From contig OY759353.1 in assembly GCA_963662315.1 (NCBI GenBank), forward strand, positions 3,360,001 through 3,424,000: a stretch of 64,000 nucleotides of DNA, written 5' to 3'. The notes under the pieces were generated by a model that saw only the letters and a list, made by a program, of their open reading frames with translations, had not been told where the DNA came from and searched no databases. This DNA is from Geopsychrobacteraceae bacterium (GTDB taxonomy: Bacteria; Desulfobacterota; Desulfuromonadia; Desulfuromonadales; Geopsychrobacteraceae). The position numbers and the translations under genes were made by a program. Shown piece after piece: positions 20,394 through 30,036 of this stretch. The number at the start of each line of letters is the position of its first letter. Position 1 is the stretch's first letter.

Positions 20394-21178
20394 ACGGCAG
20401 CTTTAAAATCCTTGGTTCCGGTGCCGGACCCGGTGTTCCTTCGTTTTTCTGCGACTGCTGTGGATGCCGTGAGGCCAGAGAGAACCCGAACCTGGTGCGC
20501 ACCCGCAGTGGCGCGCTGCTGACAACTGGTTCAAAAAATTTGCTTATCGATACGTCGCCCGACCTGAGAACCCAGCTGGTCCGGGAACGCATAGACACCA
20601 TTGACGGTATTTTTATGACCCATTGGCACTTTGATCATTTTGGTGGCATTGGCGAACTGGAATATTACGTCAAATTAGTCAGAAAGCAGCCAGTCGCTTT
20701 GCATTTACCGCCTGGCGCTGTTCAGGAGTTTACGGCCGCATTTCCAGGACTCATGGATGTTTTTCAGGTTATTCCATGGCAATTCGGCACCCCGTGTTGC
20801 GTTGGAGACCTGACAGTGACGCCACTGCCTGCAATCCATAGTGTCGAAACCGCTGGATTTCTTATTGAATCGACCACCAGACGGCTCGCCTATTTTCCGG
20901 ATACGGCAGATCTTGAAGGTAACGTAAAGCAGCAGCTTCAGGGGCTCGACTGGTTTATCTGTGACGCAACATTTACGGGAGAGAACTGGTTTCCCAACAG
21001 CCATATGTCGATTGCCCAGGCCATTGAACTCGGCCGAAAAATCTCCGCAAAATCAACTATTCTGACCCATCTGGCTGTACATTACAGCCAGGCGATGACA
21101 GTCACAGAGTTGCAGCAATTGATCAAACCATATTCCCAGGTTCAACTTGCCTATGACGGCATGAGTCTGGTGCTGTAG
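20390..21178 (+). CDS. PhnP-like metallo-beta-lactamase-fold hydrolase
   Basis: LGSGAGPGVP..CDCCGC, THWHFDH, LTHL. Confidence 0.85.
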   Translation: MNGSFKILGSGAGPGVPSFFCDCCGCREARENPNLVRTRSGALLTTGSKNLLIDTSPDLRTQLVRERIDTIDGIFMTHWHFDHFGGIGELEYYVKLVRKQPVALHLPPGAVQEFTAAFPGLMDVFQVIPWQFGTPCCVGDLTVTPLPAIHSVETAGFLIESTTRRLAYFPDTADLEGNVKQQLQGLDWFICDATFTGENWFPNSHMSIAQAIELGRKISAKSTILTHLAVHYSQAMTVTELQQLIKPYSQVQLAYDGMSLVL

Positions 21179-21196
21179 CATGGAAAGGGGATTACA

Positions 21197-21793
21197 ATGA
21201 AAATGTCCTTAGGACCGGAAGCCTTGGCTATCCCTTCACCGGTCTGGGTTGTTGGTAGCTACGGTATAAATGAACAACCGAATATCATGGTTGTCGCCTG
21301 GGGGGCAATTTGTTGTACGACCCCTCCCTGTATATCTATTGCCTTGAAAAAAACCCGAGCAACCTATTCAAACATTATGGAACACGAAGCCTTTACCATC
21401 AGCATTCCGTCACGGGAATATCTGATTGAGACCGACTATGTCGGCATGGTTTCAGGAATTTCTCACGACAAATTTTCTACTGCCGGATTAACTCCGGTGC
21501 GTAGTAATGTTGTTAATGCTCCTTATGTTCAGGAATTTCCGCTTATAATGGAATGTTCCTTGCTTCATATGTTGGAAATTGGCTCACACACCCAGTTCAT
21601 AGGACAGATAATGGATGTCAAGGCTGACGAGCATGTTCTGGGTGAAAACGGACTGCCGGTTGCCCAGAAAATAGATCCGCTTATCAGCAGTGCTTGTGAA
21701 AGAGCCTACTATGGCCTGGGCGATTACGTTGAACAGGCCTGTCTGCTCGGCAGCAACCTGCTTGAACCGCATGTAGAAGAAGAGATTGATTGA
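21197..21793 (+). CDS. Flavin reductase/flavoredoxin family protein
   Basis: PSPVWVVGSY, NIMVVAW, GSHTQFIG. Confidence 0.85.
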   Translation: MKMSLGPEALAIPSPVWVVGSYGINEQPNIMVVAWGAICCTTPPCISIALKKTRATYSNIMEHEAFTISIPSREYLIETDYVGMVSGISHDKFSTAGLTPVRSNVVNAPYVQEFPLIMECSLLHMLEIGSHTQFIGQIMDVKADEHVLGENGLPVAQKIDPLISSACERAYYGLGDYVEQACLLGSNLLEPHVEEEID

Positions 21794-21869
21794 ATTTGAG
21801 CATTGCGACAATTTATCACTGACCTGTCACCGCTGACAGATCGGTCAACTGCTGATAGTGAGGGACATC

Positions 21870-22850
21870 ATGCAACTTATTGATTCTTTCGGACGCCAGA
21901 TCAACTATCTTCGCCTGTCTATCACCGATCGCTGTAATCTGCGCTGTTTTTATTGCATGCCGGAAGGTGGTGTACACTCATGCATGCACGAGGATGTTCT
22001 CTCCTATGAAGATTTAAAGATCATTTCAGAGACGGCCGTCAATCTTGGTATTGAAAAAATCAGGATCACTGGCGGCGAACCTCTGGTTCGTCAGGGGCTT
22101 GTCCCTTTTCTGGCTCAACTGTCCGGGATTCCTGGCCTGCACCACCTGGCCATTTCAACCAATGGTCTACTGCTCCCTAAAATGGCGCGCGATCTGTATT
22201 TTTCCGGGGTTCAGCGTCTGAATGTCAGTCTCGACTCATTGAAACCTGAAAAATTTGAAAAGATAACCCGTGGTGGCAAACTGAAACATGTTTTGGATGG
22301 CCTTGAAGAAGCCGTCAAGGTCGGCTTTCCTGCTCCCAAGCTTAATATTGTCGCCATGCGCGGCATTAATGACGATGAAATTCTTGATTTCGTTGAGATG
22401 ACCAGGTCTCACGGTAACTCCATTCGTTTTATCGAATATATGCCAACCCTGAAACAAAAGGGCTGGCAGGAAAATTGGATTTCAGGGCAGGAAATTCTTG
22501 ATCTGATTTCCACCCGCTATCCTCTGGAAGAAGTCGACAAAGGGCCATATGCCGGCCCGTCTAAAGACTTCCGCATTCCGGGAGCCCGTGGAACCATCGG
22601 CATCATTACCGCTATTTCGGGGCACTTCTGTGCTCAGTGTAATCGCATCAGAATTACTTCACAGGGGAAAGCCAAAGGCTGTCTTTTTTCAAACCACGAA
22701 GTTGATCTCTTTCCGTGGCTCAAAAAAGGAGACCGGGCTTCAGTGGCTTACCTGCTGCAAGATCTGGTTATCAAAAAACCTGAACGTCATGGCATATCGA
22801 CGGAAGGCTATGAACACAATAATTTCATCATGTCTCAAGTCGGTGGCTGA
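21870..22850 (+). CDS. moaA: GTP 3',8-cyclase
   Basis: YLRLSITDRCNLRCFYCMP, RFIEYMP, FCAQCNRIR...CLF, C-terminal MSQVGG. Confidence 0.95.
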   Translation: MQLIDSFGRQINYLRLSITDRCNLRCFYCMPEGGVHSCMHEDVLSYEDLKIISETAVNLGIEKIRITGGEPLVRQGLVPFLAQLSGIPGLHHLAISTNGLLLPKMARDLYFSGVQRLNVSLDSLKPEKFEKITRGGKLKHVLDGLEEAVKVGFPAPKLNIVAMRGINDDEILDFVEMTRSHGNSIRFIEYMPTLKQKGWQENWISGQEILDLISTRYPLEEVDKGPYAGPSKDFRIPGARGTIGIITAISGHFCAQCNRIRITSQGKAKGCLFSNHEVDLFPWLKKGDRASVAYLLQDLVIKKPERHGISTEGYEHNNFIMSQVGG

Positions 22851-22925
22851 TAATACCGACTGAAGGGCTAAGCGATAAATGTCCCAAACGCGCTTTATTC
22901 AAAGCAGGAAAGGAATGTAGAGCTG

Positions 22926-23297
22926 ATGTTCAAGACCAAATTTGAAGACAATGAAGTCAATATTTTCATGAGTAAAGAGATCGTTGAGATGCTGACCAAC
23001 AGTGGCGTCAACTATGTCGAAGTTTTCCGTCTCATTGAAAGTTTCTCCCAAAAACTGCTGGTTAAAGGTGAAGATGGTGAAATCAGAATGGAAAATGACG
23101 ACACCCGGGCAACGATTGACCTCAATGTAAAATGGGATGTCGAAGCCAAAAAAGTGCAGATTGATGTTGTGTCCGTTAATCTCAACGGCATGGGGCCAAG
23201 AGACATGCCGAAAATGCCCAACGGTGCCAGAGTAGACCTCGGCCAGTCAGCCAGCGCTATGAACGATATGGCTAACGCCCCGACAGCAGCCAATTAA
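22926..23297 (+). CDS. Hypothetical protein
   Basis: 123-aa ORF in the operon with an AGGAAAGGA RBS; no motif recognised. Confidence 0.7.
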   Translation: MFKTKFEDNEVNIFMSKEIVEMLTNSGVNYVEVFRLIESFSQKLLVKGEDGEIRMENDDTRATIDLNVKWDVEAKKVQIDVVSVNLNGMGPRDMPKMPNGARVDLGQSASAMNDMANAPTAAN

Positions 23298-23322
23298 CAC
23301 GGATATCAATCAGGCTACGACG

Positions 23323-24030
23323 ATGTCCGGTCAACTTAAGATAACCCACCGTCAGGCGCTCCTGCTGTTTACGCAGGAGTTCCGCAAGGAACGGAAAAAT
23401 CTTGGTTTTGGTAAGCAGATGGACCATTCGGTCCATCTGGCTTTACAGCACCGGACCGTTAATCTGCTGAACCAGTTCGACCAGGCCGATATCGTTATTG
23501 TTCATGGCGGAACCGCACCACAGCTTGGTAAGGCGCATTATTTGCCGGAACGTGGTCACGATTTTAACAGCCGCTTCTTAAATGCTCTGCATGATACCTT
23601 TGCGTTGGGCTATGAACGGGTTGTTGCGGTCGGTGGCGACATCCCCAAGCTGCAATGCGAGGATATCAGAATTGCGCTGAGTGCCGATAAGCTTGTTATT
23701 GGCCCCACCCATGATGGTGGTTTCTATCTTGCCGCACTGACGCCACAGGACCTTCCCCTGTTCAATCGTTTGCCTTGGCGTCAGAGCAGTCTGCTCGATC
23801 AGCTGACCCAGCGACTGATACAGGCCCAGTGTGAGTATCAGTTCATTGTCCGCCGTAAAGATATTGACCATGCCGCAGATGCACGTCAGACCGCCACGCT
23901 GTTAATCAGCTTAGTCCGCCAGTGGCTCAAATATCTGCGTCTGGAGAAAAACTTTTCCCACTGTATTTTTCTTATTCTTACTGATCGCCTTCCCGCACCG
24001 CGCTATCACTCACTACCGCCGCCAGCATAA
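23323..24030 (+). CDS. DUF2064 (TIGR04282-like, CofC/glycosyltransferase-like) protein
   Basis: ERGHDFNSRF..A, VVAVGGDIP, VIGPTHDGGFYL, DID motifs. Confidence 0.8.
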   Translation: MSGQLKITHRQALLLFTQEFRKERKNLGFGKQMDHSVHLALQHRTVNLLNQFDQADIVIVHGGTAPQLGKAHYLPERGHDFNSRFLNALHDTFALGYERVVAVGGDIPKLQCEDIRIALSADKLVIGPTHDGGFYLAALTPQDLPLFNRLPWRQSSLLDQLTQRLIQAQCEYQFIVRRKDIDHAADARQTATLLISLVRQWLKYLRLEKNFSHCIFLILTDRLPAPRYHSLPPPA

Positions 24031-24309
24031 CCCCTCCGATTCTGCATTAATCGACTCTTTTCGGAATACTAATAACCAGGCTCCCGACCTGGTCGATACC
24101 CGACTGCTGATGCTCTGGAGTCGGTGTCAGCGAAGTGAGTGGCAGTTGTACCGGTTTATCGGCAACCATAATCCAATCACTTAAAGATCGCCTGGCCGCC
24201 CTGAGTCGATTTATCGTTACGCAAAGATTGTCGCCTGACCGTATCCGTATCCCTCTGTGGCAGATATCCGTGTCTAGCGCTGAGATCCCTCTTTAAGCAA
24301 GGAAACATT

Positions 24310-25254
24310 ATGAAATTTTATCTTACCTCAGTAGCAACAGCCGTTGCCCTGATCCTTCTGGTTTTGCTGCCAGGGAACGGCTTCGCAAAAGAATCACTGC
24401 GGTTAGCTTATCCTCAGAAAGTTTGTTACGAGCCTTTTATCATTGCCAAGGCCAAGGGCTATTTTGCTGCTGAAGGGCTAACGGTCGATATCAAGCGAGT
24501 CAACGGTGGTATCCTTGCGGCGGAAAGTCTGATGACCGGTGCTACTGATGTCGCTGCCATGGGGGATGCTCCCTTTCTGATCGCGGCCTCCCGCAGCAAT
24601 AAAGTGCGCCTGGTCACCCGCTACGGCGGCGGCACAAAGATGCATCGTATGGTATCCAGCACTGCGCTGACCGACATTCATCAGCTTGAAGGAGCGCGAG
24701 TCGGTATCCAGATGGGATCAAGCACCTATGGAGCCATGCTGGCTTGGGCACAACAGAGTGGATTGGATACAAAGAAGATCAAGTTCGTCCCCTTGAGTCC
24801 TCTCGATATTCCGCAGGCTATGCTGACCGGACAGATCGATGCCATGGCGGGCAGCGAACCCTGGCCTACCAATACGGAGACAACATGTGGTGACAAAGTC
24901 CACAGGCTGACCGATTTCAGTGCCCTCGGGAATTCCTTTCCTATTGTTATTGCTGCAACAGACGAGGTTCTTAAAGAACGGCAGGCTGACATTGAGGCTC
25001 TTTTGCGTGCTGTAAACCGTGCCATAACCTTTATGGCCAACGAACAGGAAGAAACGGTGAAAATTCTCTCGGCAGCAATCGGGCTACCTGAACCACAGCA
25101 ACGTCAGTGTACCTATCAGCTCGATTGGGGGATCGGCTTTACGCCACAGGATGAAAAAAGTTTGAACATGACGGCAGAGTTTCTGGAAGAACTGGGAAAA
25201 ATTGACAGAGTCCCACACTTTTCGGCGTTTGCATCAGCCCCTTCAGTACAGTAA
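24310..25254 (+). CDS. ABC transporter substrate-binding protein (SsuA/TauA-like)
   Basis: Signal peptide; IAKAKGYFAAEGL, MGDAP, GQIDAMAGSEPW. Confidence 0.88.
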   Translation: MKFYLTSVATAVALILLVLLPGNGFAKESLRLAYPQKVCYEPFIIAKAKGYFAAEGLTVDIKRVNGGILAAESLMTGATDVAAMGDAPFLIAASRSNKVRLVTRYGGGTKMHRMVSSTALTDIHQLEGARVGIQMGSSTYGAMLAWAQQSGLDTKKIKFVPLSPLDIPQAMLTGQIDAMAGSEPWPTNTETTCGDKVHRLTDFSALGNSFPIVIAATDEVLKERQADIEALLRAVNRAITFMANEQEETVKILSAAIGLPEPQQRQCTYQLDWGIGFTPQDEKSLNMTAEFLEELGKIDRVPHFSAFASAPSVQ

Positions 25255-25271
25255 AGAAAGGCAGCACGGTT

Positions 25272-28200
25272 ATGAGTATCACCAATTACCAACCACTTAC
25301 CTTTGCCGACACTACGATTTTTGTCGACCCCTTGAAACCAGACTGGTTCGTTGCCAGCCCTCGTGCCAATGAGTTGATCTGTAGCTATCAGCAACATATC
25401 AGGAAGCCTCTGAAACCTGCTGAGCAATTTGCTTTTGAACGCCTGCTTGATCGCTTTCCGACCCGACCTTGTGCACCACTTGCAGGCCGTGCAGAGGTCA
25501 AGGAATTAACGGAACTCAAGGAATGCTGGTTCCATATTACCAACCGTTGCAACATGCGCTGCCGTCATTGCCTGTTTGCCTCGGGTGAAGGGGACACCTC
25601 GGAACTCCCCTTTGATAAGCTTCTCGCCGCTGTCGACCAGGCCCACGAACTTGGCTGCCGGATTTTCTACTTCACCGGTGGAGAACCCCTCATTTACCCA
25701 CGCTTTACTGAAATCTGCGCCCATATCCTTGACGACCCGGCCTGCCATATCGTCATTCTCACCAACGGCCGAGCCCTGGCCACTATCAAAGACTGGCTGA
25801 CCACGCAGGATTTGAGTCGTCTACATTTTCAGATCAGTATTGATGGCATGCAGCAAAACCATGAGGATCTGCGCGGCCCCGGAAGCTTTGGCGAGTTGGA
25901 GGCAACCCTGAAATCCCTCGCTAGTATGCAGATCGCCACCACCCTGTCCATGTCAATTAACAGCAATAATGTTCACGAAATGACCCAGGTGACGGAATTT
26001 GCAGCTGCTCACGGTGTTGCCACGCTGCATTTCATGTGGCTATTCCTTAAAGGAAAAGCCCAGGAACCGCTGTTTGCTTCACCTGATACCATTTTTACCG
26101 CAGCTTGCCAGGCCTATGAACGCGCAGAACAGCTGGGATTGAGCATCGATAATTTTGATATCATGAAAACCCAGGTCTTCAATTTCCCCGGCATCCGTAT
26201 GGATCTGGGTAACTCCTGCTGGGAGAGCCTGACCGTAGGCCCCAACGGCAAGGTTTACCCTTCCCCGGCAACTGTCTATGAAGACAAGTTATGCTGCGGT
26301 CATATTGATGAGGGGCTGGAAAACACCTGGCGCAACAGCACTATGGCCAAGCAGATCCGTTCCTTATCTGTTGTTGATTGTCTGGCTCTGAACGATGATC
26401 CCCTGCGCTTTCTTATCGGTGGTGGTGATATTGACCACAGCTATATCTACTCCGGGAATTTCGTCGGTGAAGATCCCTACCTCCCCCTCTACCGCCAACT
26501 GGCACTCTACCTGATCAGCAGGGAAGCAAAAACCAGTGGTACAAGCGACACCATCGGTCTGCTTGCGCGCATGGGGGAACGGATTGAAGAGTGTGACGAA
26601 AGCGGCTCGGAAGTCTGTTTCACTCATTCCAACTGTGTCCTGTCGCTGGCTGATCGGGATGGTCGGACCTCGGTACGCTCCTTCTATTCTGAAGCGGCCG
26701 AAGAAGTTAATGAAGATATCGTCAATCCGGTTCATTATGACACCGAGCTGATCGATCATATCCCGGAAAGCGCCAGGGTCCGTAGCTACGGTTGTGGCAG
26801 CCCGGTTATGGACTGTGGCCTGGAAGCAGGAGAAACCCTGGTCGATCTCGGCTCCGGCACCGGTGTCGAATGCTTTATCGCCGGTCGCCAGGCCGGTCGC
26901 AACGGCCGGGCCTACGGCATCGACATGTCGGATACCATGCTGTCTAGAGCACGTAGCGCGGCTGCACAGGTTGCGGAAAATCTTGGTTATGCCAATGTCG
27001 AATTCAAAAAGGGCTTCCTTGAGGATATTCCATTAGCGGATGAGGAATGTGATGTTGTCATTTCCAACTGTGTGATCAACCTGTCCATCGATAAACGTCA
27101 GACCTTCCGGGAAATTTTCCGTATCCTGAAACCGGGCGGCCGAATATTTATCTCTGACATTATCAAAAATACTGACATTCCCCTGCACATTCAAATCAAC
27201 GAGAAACTGCGTGGCGAATGTATCGGCGGGGCTATGCACGAACGGGATCTGTTCGGTATTCTCGATGATTTCGGTTTTCGCGATATTCGTGTCGTCAAAC
27301 GCTTCCTGTATCGCGAAGTCAAAGGTTACCCCTTTTATTCACTGACCTACCAGGCCTTCAAGCCGGGCCCCAAAAAACAAACATCTATGATCTATCGCGG
27401 TCCCTTTGCCGCGGTCATCACCGATGACGGACACATTGTGCAACGGGGGCAGACCTGCAGTGTTTCGCTATCCGCTAAGCTTAAACTTGGGGATGATGTC
27501 ATGGCTCTGGATGACAAAGGGCAAGTCACCAATCTCGAGCAGGAGATGAGCTGTTGCTGTCTGCCTGATATGGGTCTGACGGACAGTACTAAACCAGAAA
27601 TCAAAGGCGCCCACAAATCAGGCTGTATGGTGTGTGGTAAGCCTCTCAAAATCCTGATCGAACCACGCGTTCTCAGTTGCCAGTACTGTGGCAAAGAAGA
27701 GCGGGTGGAAAGCTGCTGTGAAGATGATCACTATGTCTGCGATCACTGTCATATCCATGCCGCAGCTGACATGATCAAGCAGGTGTGCCTGTCCACCAAA
27801 GAGAAAGATGTCATCAATATCTTCAAGGAGTTGCGGGCCAATCCGGACTTTCCAACCCATGGTCCCCACCATCATCCGATGGTGCCGGGGATACTGCTGG
27901 CCGCTTATCGCAACAACGGGGGCAATATCAGTGATGAACAGATTATCACCGGCATTTCCCGCGGAGCCCTGATCCCCGGAGCCTCTTGTTCGTTCTTTGG
28001 TGTTGATGGCGCCGCCCAGGGTGTTGGTATCGCCTTTTCCGTCATCCTCGGAGCCACCCCTTTTGACGGTAACTTGCGGCAGACTGTACAGAAAACAGTC
28101 ATCAGGGTTGCTGACCGCATAGCGGCCATGCCCTTTGCCCGTTGCTGCCAGCGTGAATGCTGGACCGCTTTGCGGGAAGCTGAAGTTATCTCACGAGAAT

Positions 28201-28310
28201 TATTGGATATTCCCATTTTTGCACAGGCCGATCTCAGTTGTGAACAATACCGGGCAGCCGATCATTGTGCCGGTAAACTATGCCCACTTATGCCGGGGAA
28301 AAAGAACTGA
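25272..28310 (+). CDS. Fusion of radical SAM, ArsM/AS3MT-like methyltransferase and Cys-rich (DUF5714-like) domains
   Basis: CNMRCRHC and TGGEP; YGCGSP, DLGSGTG, SNCVINLS, GECIGGA; C-terminal CMVCG, CQYCG, HYVCDHCH, HGPHHH, RCCQR. Confidence 0.85.
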   Translation: MSITNYQPLTFADTTIFVDPLKPDWFVASPRANELICSYQQHIRKPLKPAEQFAFERLLDRFPTRPCAPLAGRAEVKELTELKECWFHITNRCNMRCRHCLFASGEGDTSELPFDKLLAAVDQAHELGCRIFYFTGGEPLIYPRFTEICAHILDDPACHIVILTNGRALATIKDWLTTQDLSRLHFQISIDGMQQNHEDLRGPGSFGELEATLKSLASMQIATTLSMSINSNNVHEMTQVTEFAAAHGVATLHFMWLFLKGKAQEPLFASPDTIFTAACQAYERAEQLGLSIDNFDIMKTQVFNFPGIRMDLGNSCWESLTVGPNGKVYPSPATVYEDKLCCGHIDEGLENTWRNSTMAKQIRSLSVVDCLALNDDPLRFLIGGGDIDHSYIYSGNFVGEDPYLPLYRQLALYLISREAKTSGTSDTIGLLARMGERIEECDESGSEVCFTHSNCVLSLADRDGRTSVRSFYSEAAEEVNEDIVNPVHYDTELIDHIPESARVRSYGCGSPVMDCGLEAGETLVDLGSGTGVECFIAGRQAGRNGRAYGIDMSDTMLSRARSAAAQVAENLGYANVEFKKGFLEDIPLADEECDVVISNCVINLSIDKRQTFREIFRILKPGGRIFISDIIKNTDIPLHIQINEKLRGECIGGAMHERDLFGILDDFGFRDIRVVKRFLYREVKGYPFYSLTYQAFKPGPKKQTSMIYRGPFAAVITDDGHIVQRGQTCSVSLSAKLKLGDDVMALDDKGQVTNLEQEMSCCCLPDMGLTDSTKPEIKGAHKSGCMVCGKPLKILIEPRVLSCQYCGKEERVESCCEDDHYVCDHCHIHAAADMIKQVCLSTKEKDVINIFKELRANPDFPTHGPHHHPMVPGILLAAYRNNGGNISDEQIITGISRGALIPGASCSFFGVDGAAQGVGIAFSVILGATPFDGNLRQTVQKTVIRVADRIAAMPFARCCQRECWTALREAEVISRELLDIPIFAQADLSCEQYRAADHCAGKLCPLMPGKKN

Positions 28311-28311
28311 C

Positions 28312-29145
28312 ATGAACCTTCTGGGGCTTCCTAGCAACAAATGGTCAACCCTTGACCAAGCGTGGCGCAACCTGCTGTTCAGCCTGGCCGCACTCCTCCT
28401 GGTACTACTGTTATGGGAAGCGCTGGCCCTGCTGATCACCTGGCTACGCGGGGTTATCTTCCCGACTCCATTTGCCACCCTGACTAAACTGTGGCGCATG
28501 TTGCTCGGTAAACCATTCCTTGATTATTCCATCTATACCCACACCTTTGACAGCCTGCAGCGCTGGATCGGGGGCTTTCTTATCGGTGGTGGGGCCGGCA
28601 TTGGTTTTGGTCTCGTCTGTGGGCGCTGGGCAACGGTTGAACGTTTAATCATGCCAACGGTCCAGATTTTGCAGTTGATACCGGGACTGGCCTGGATTCC
28701 GGTAGCCATTCTCATTTTTGGAATCGGTGATGGCGCGACCCTGTTTATGATTGCCGTTACCGCCTTTGCGCCGGTGGCCATCAATGTCGCCGGTGGCGTG
28801 AAACGGGTCGATGAAATGTATATTCGGGCCGCTCGCATGCTCGGCCTTAATAACCGCATGCTGTTTACCAACGTTCTGGTTCCGGGGGCGCTCCCCCATA
28901 TTTTGAGCGGACTGCGCATTGGCCTGGGAAACAGCTGGCGGGTGCTGGTTGCTGCTGAAATGATTGTCGGCAGCGGTACCGGACTTGGTTATGCCATTAT
29001 CCAATCGCGCTGGACCCTTGATTACGCCGGGGCGTTTGTCTGCATTGCCATTATCTGTTGTATCGGCCTGATCGTCGAGCGACTGATTTTTATGCCATTG
29101 GAGAGACGGACAATTGAACTTTGGGGTTTAAAAAGAGAGATGTGA
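28312..29145 (+). CDS. ABC transporter permease (SsuC/TauC-like)
   Basis: IPGLAWIP, AARMLG loop, LVAAEM. Confidence 0.9.
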   Translation: MNLLGLPSNKWSTLDQAWRNLLFSLAALLLVLLLWEALALLITWLRGVIFPTPFATLTKLWRMLLGKPFLDYSIYTHTFDSLQRWIGGFLIGGGAGIGFGLVCGRWATVERLIMPTVQILQLIPGLAWIPVAILIFGIGDGATLFMIAVTAFAPVAINVAGGVKRVDEMYIRAARMLGLNNRMLFTNVLVPGALPHILSGLRIGLGNSWRVLVAAEMIVGSGTGLGYAIIQSRWTLDYAGAFVCIAIICCIGLIVERLIFMPLERRTIELWGLKREM

Positions 29146-29147
29146 CT

Positions 29148-29936
29148 ATGTTGATCAAAGTTGCTAACGTTAGCAAAAGCTATCCTCAGCCACTTCTGGC
29201 CACGCCACCCAGCGCCATTGAAGATATTTCCTTCACTATCAGGGAAGGAGAGTTTGTTTGCATTCTTGGGCCTAGTGGCTGCGGCAAATCGACCCTGCTG
29301 AACCTGATTGCCGGTTTCATGACCCCTGATCTGGGAGTTATTGAGTTTGCAGGTCAAAAGGTGACCATTCCCGGCCCGGAAAGAGGGGTTGTGTTTCAGG
29401 ATGCCACTTTGTTCCCGTGGCTGAACGTCAGGCGCAATATCGAACTGGGTCTAAAAGCGACCGGCGTTGACAAAGGGCATCGGCAGCAGATGATCGATGA
29501 GGCCCTGGCCCTGGTTGATCTACATTGTTCCCAGCAATCCTACCCCCACCAACTGTCAGGGGGGATGAAGCAACGTGTCGCCCTGGCCCGCGTTCTGGCT
29601 CTGCAACCTCAACTGTTGCTGATGGATGAACCGTTCAGCGCTCTGGATGCCGAAACCCGGGAACGTCTACAAGATCAGCTGCTGAATATCTGTGCCCAGA
29701 AGCGCCAGACCGTTTTATTTGTGACCCATAGTGTCGAAGAGGCCGCCTACCTGGCTGATCGGGTGCTGATCATGGGCCCGCCGCCAGCAAGCCTGTTCAG
29801 CGTAGTCGAAATTCAGCGCAGTCAGCCTCGCACCCGCAGTGCCAAGGAACTGACCATGACGATACTGCGCCTGCGCACCCTGCTCAAAGAACTGGCGCGT
29901 AATATCCCCGAAGCGTATCAACAGGCGGCTGTTTAG
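29148..29936 (+). CDS. ABC transporter ATPase (SsuB/TauB-like)
   Basis: GPSGCGKST, LSGGMKQR, MDEPF, VTH. Confidence 0.92.
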   Translation: MLIKVANVSKSYPQPLLATPPSAIEDISFTIREGEFVCILGPSGCGKSTLLNLIAGFMTPDLGVIEFAGQKVTIPGPERGVVFQDATLFPWLNVRRNIELGLKATGVDKGHRQQMIDEALALVDLHCSQQSYPHQLSGGMKQRVALARVLALQPQLLLMDEPFSALDAETRERLQDQLLNICAQKRQTVLFVTHSVEEAAYLADRVLIMGPPPASLFSVVEIQRSQPRTRSAKELTMTILRLRTLLKELARNIPEAYQQAAV

Positions 29937-30036
29937 TCCCAAGATGCTCACGGCATTTTGGGATTTCGTAGGTGCAATTTAAGATCTCAAAATGCATATC
30001 GACTCAAACCGGCATGTATGTGTCAGCCATATGCCC

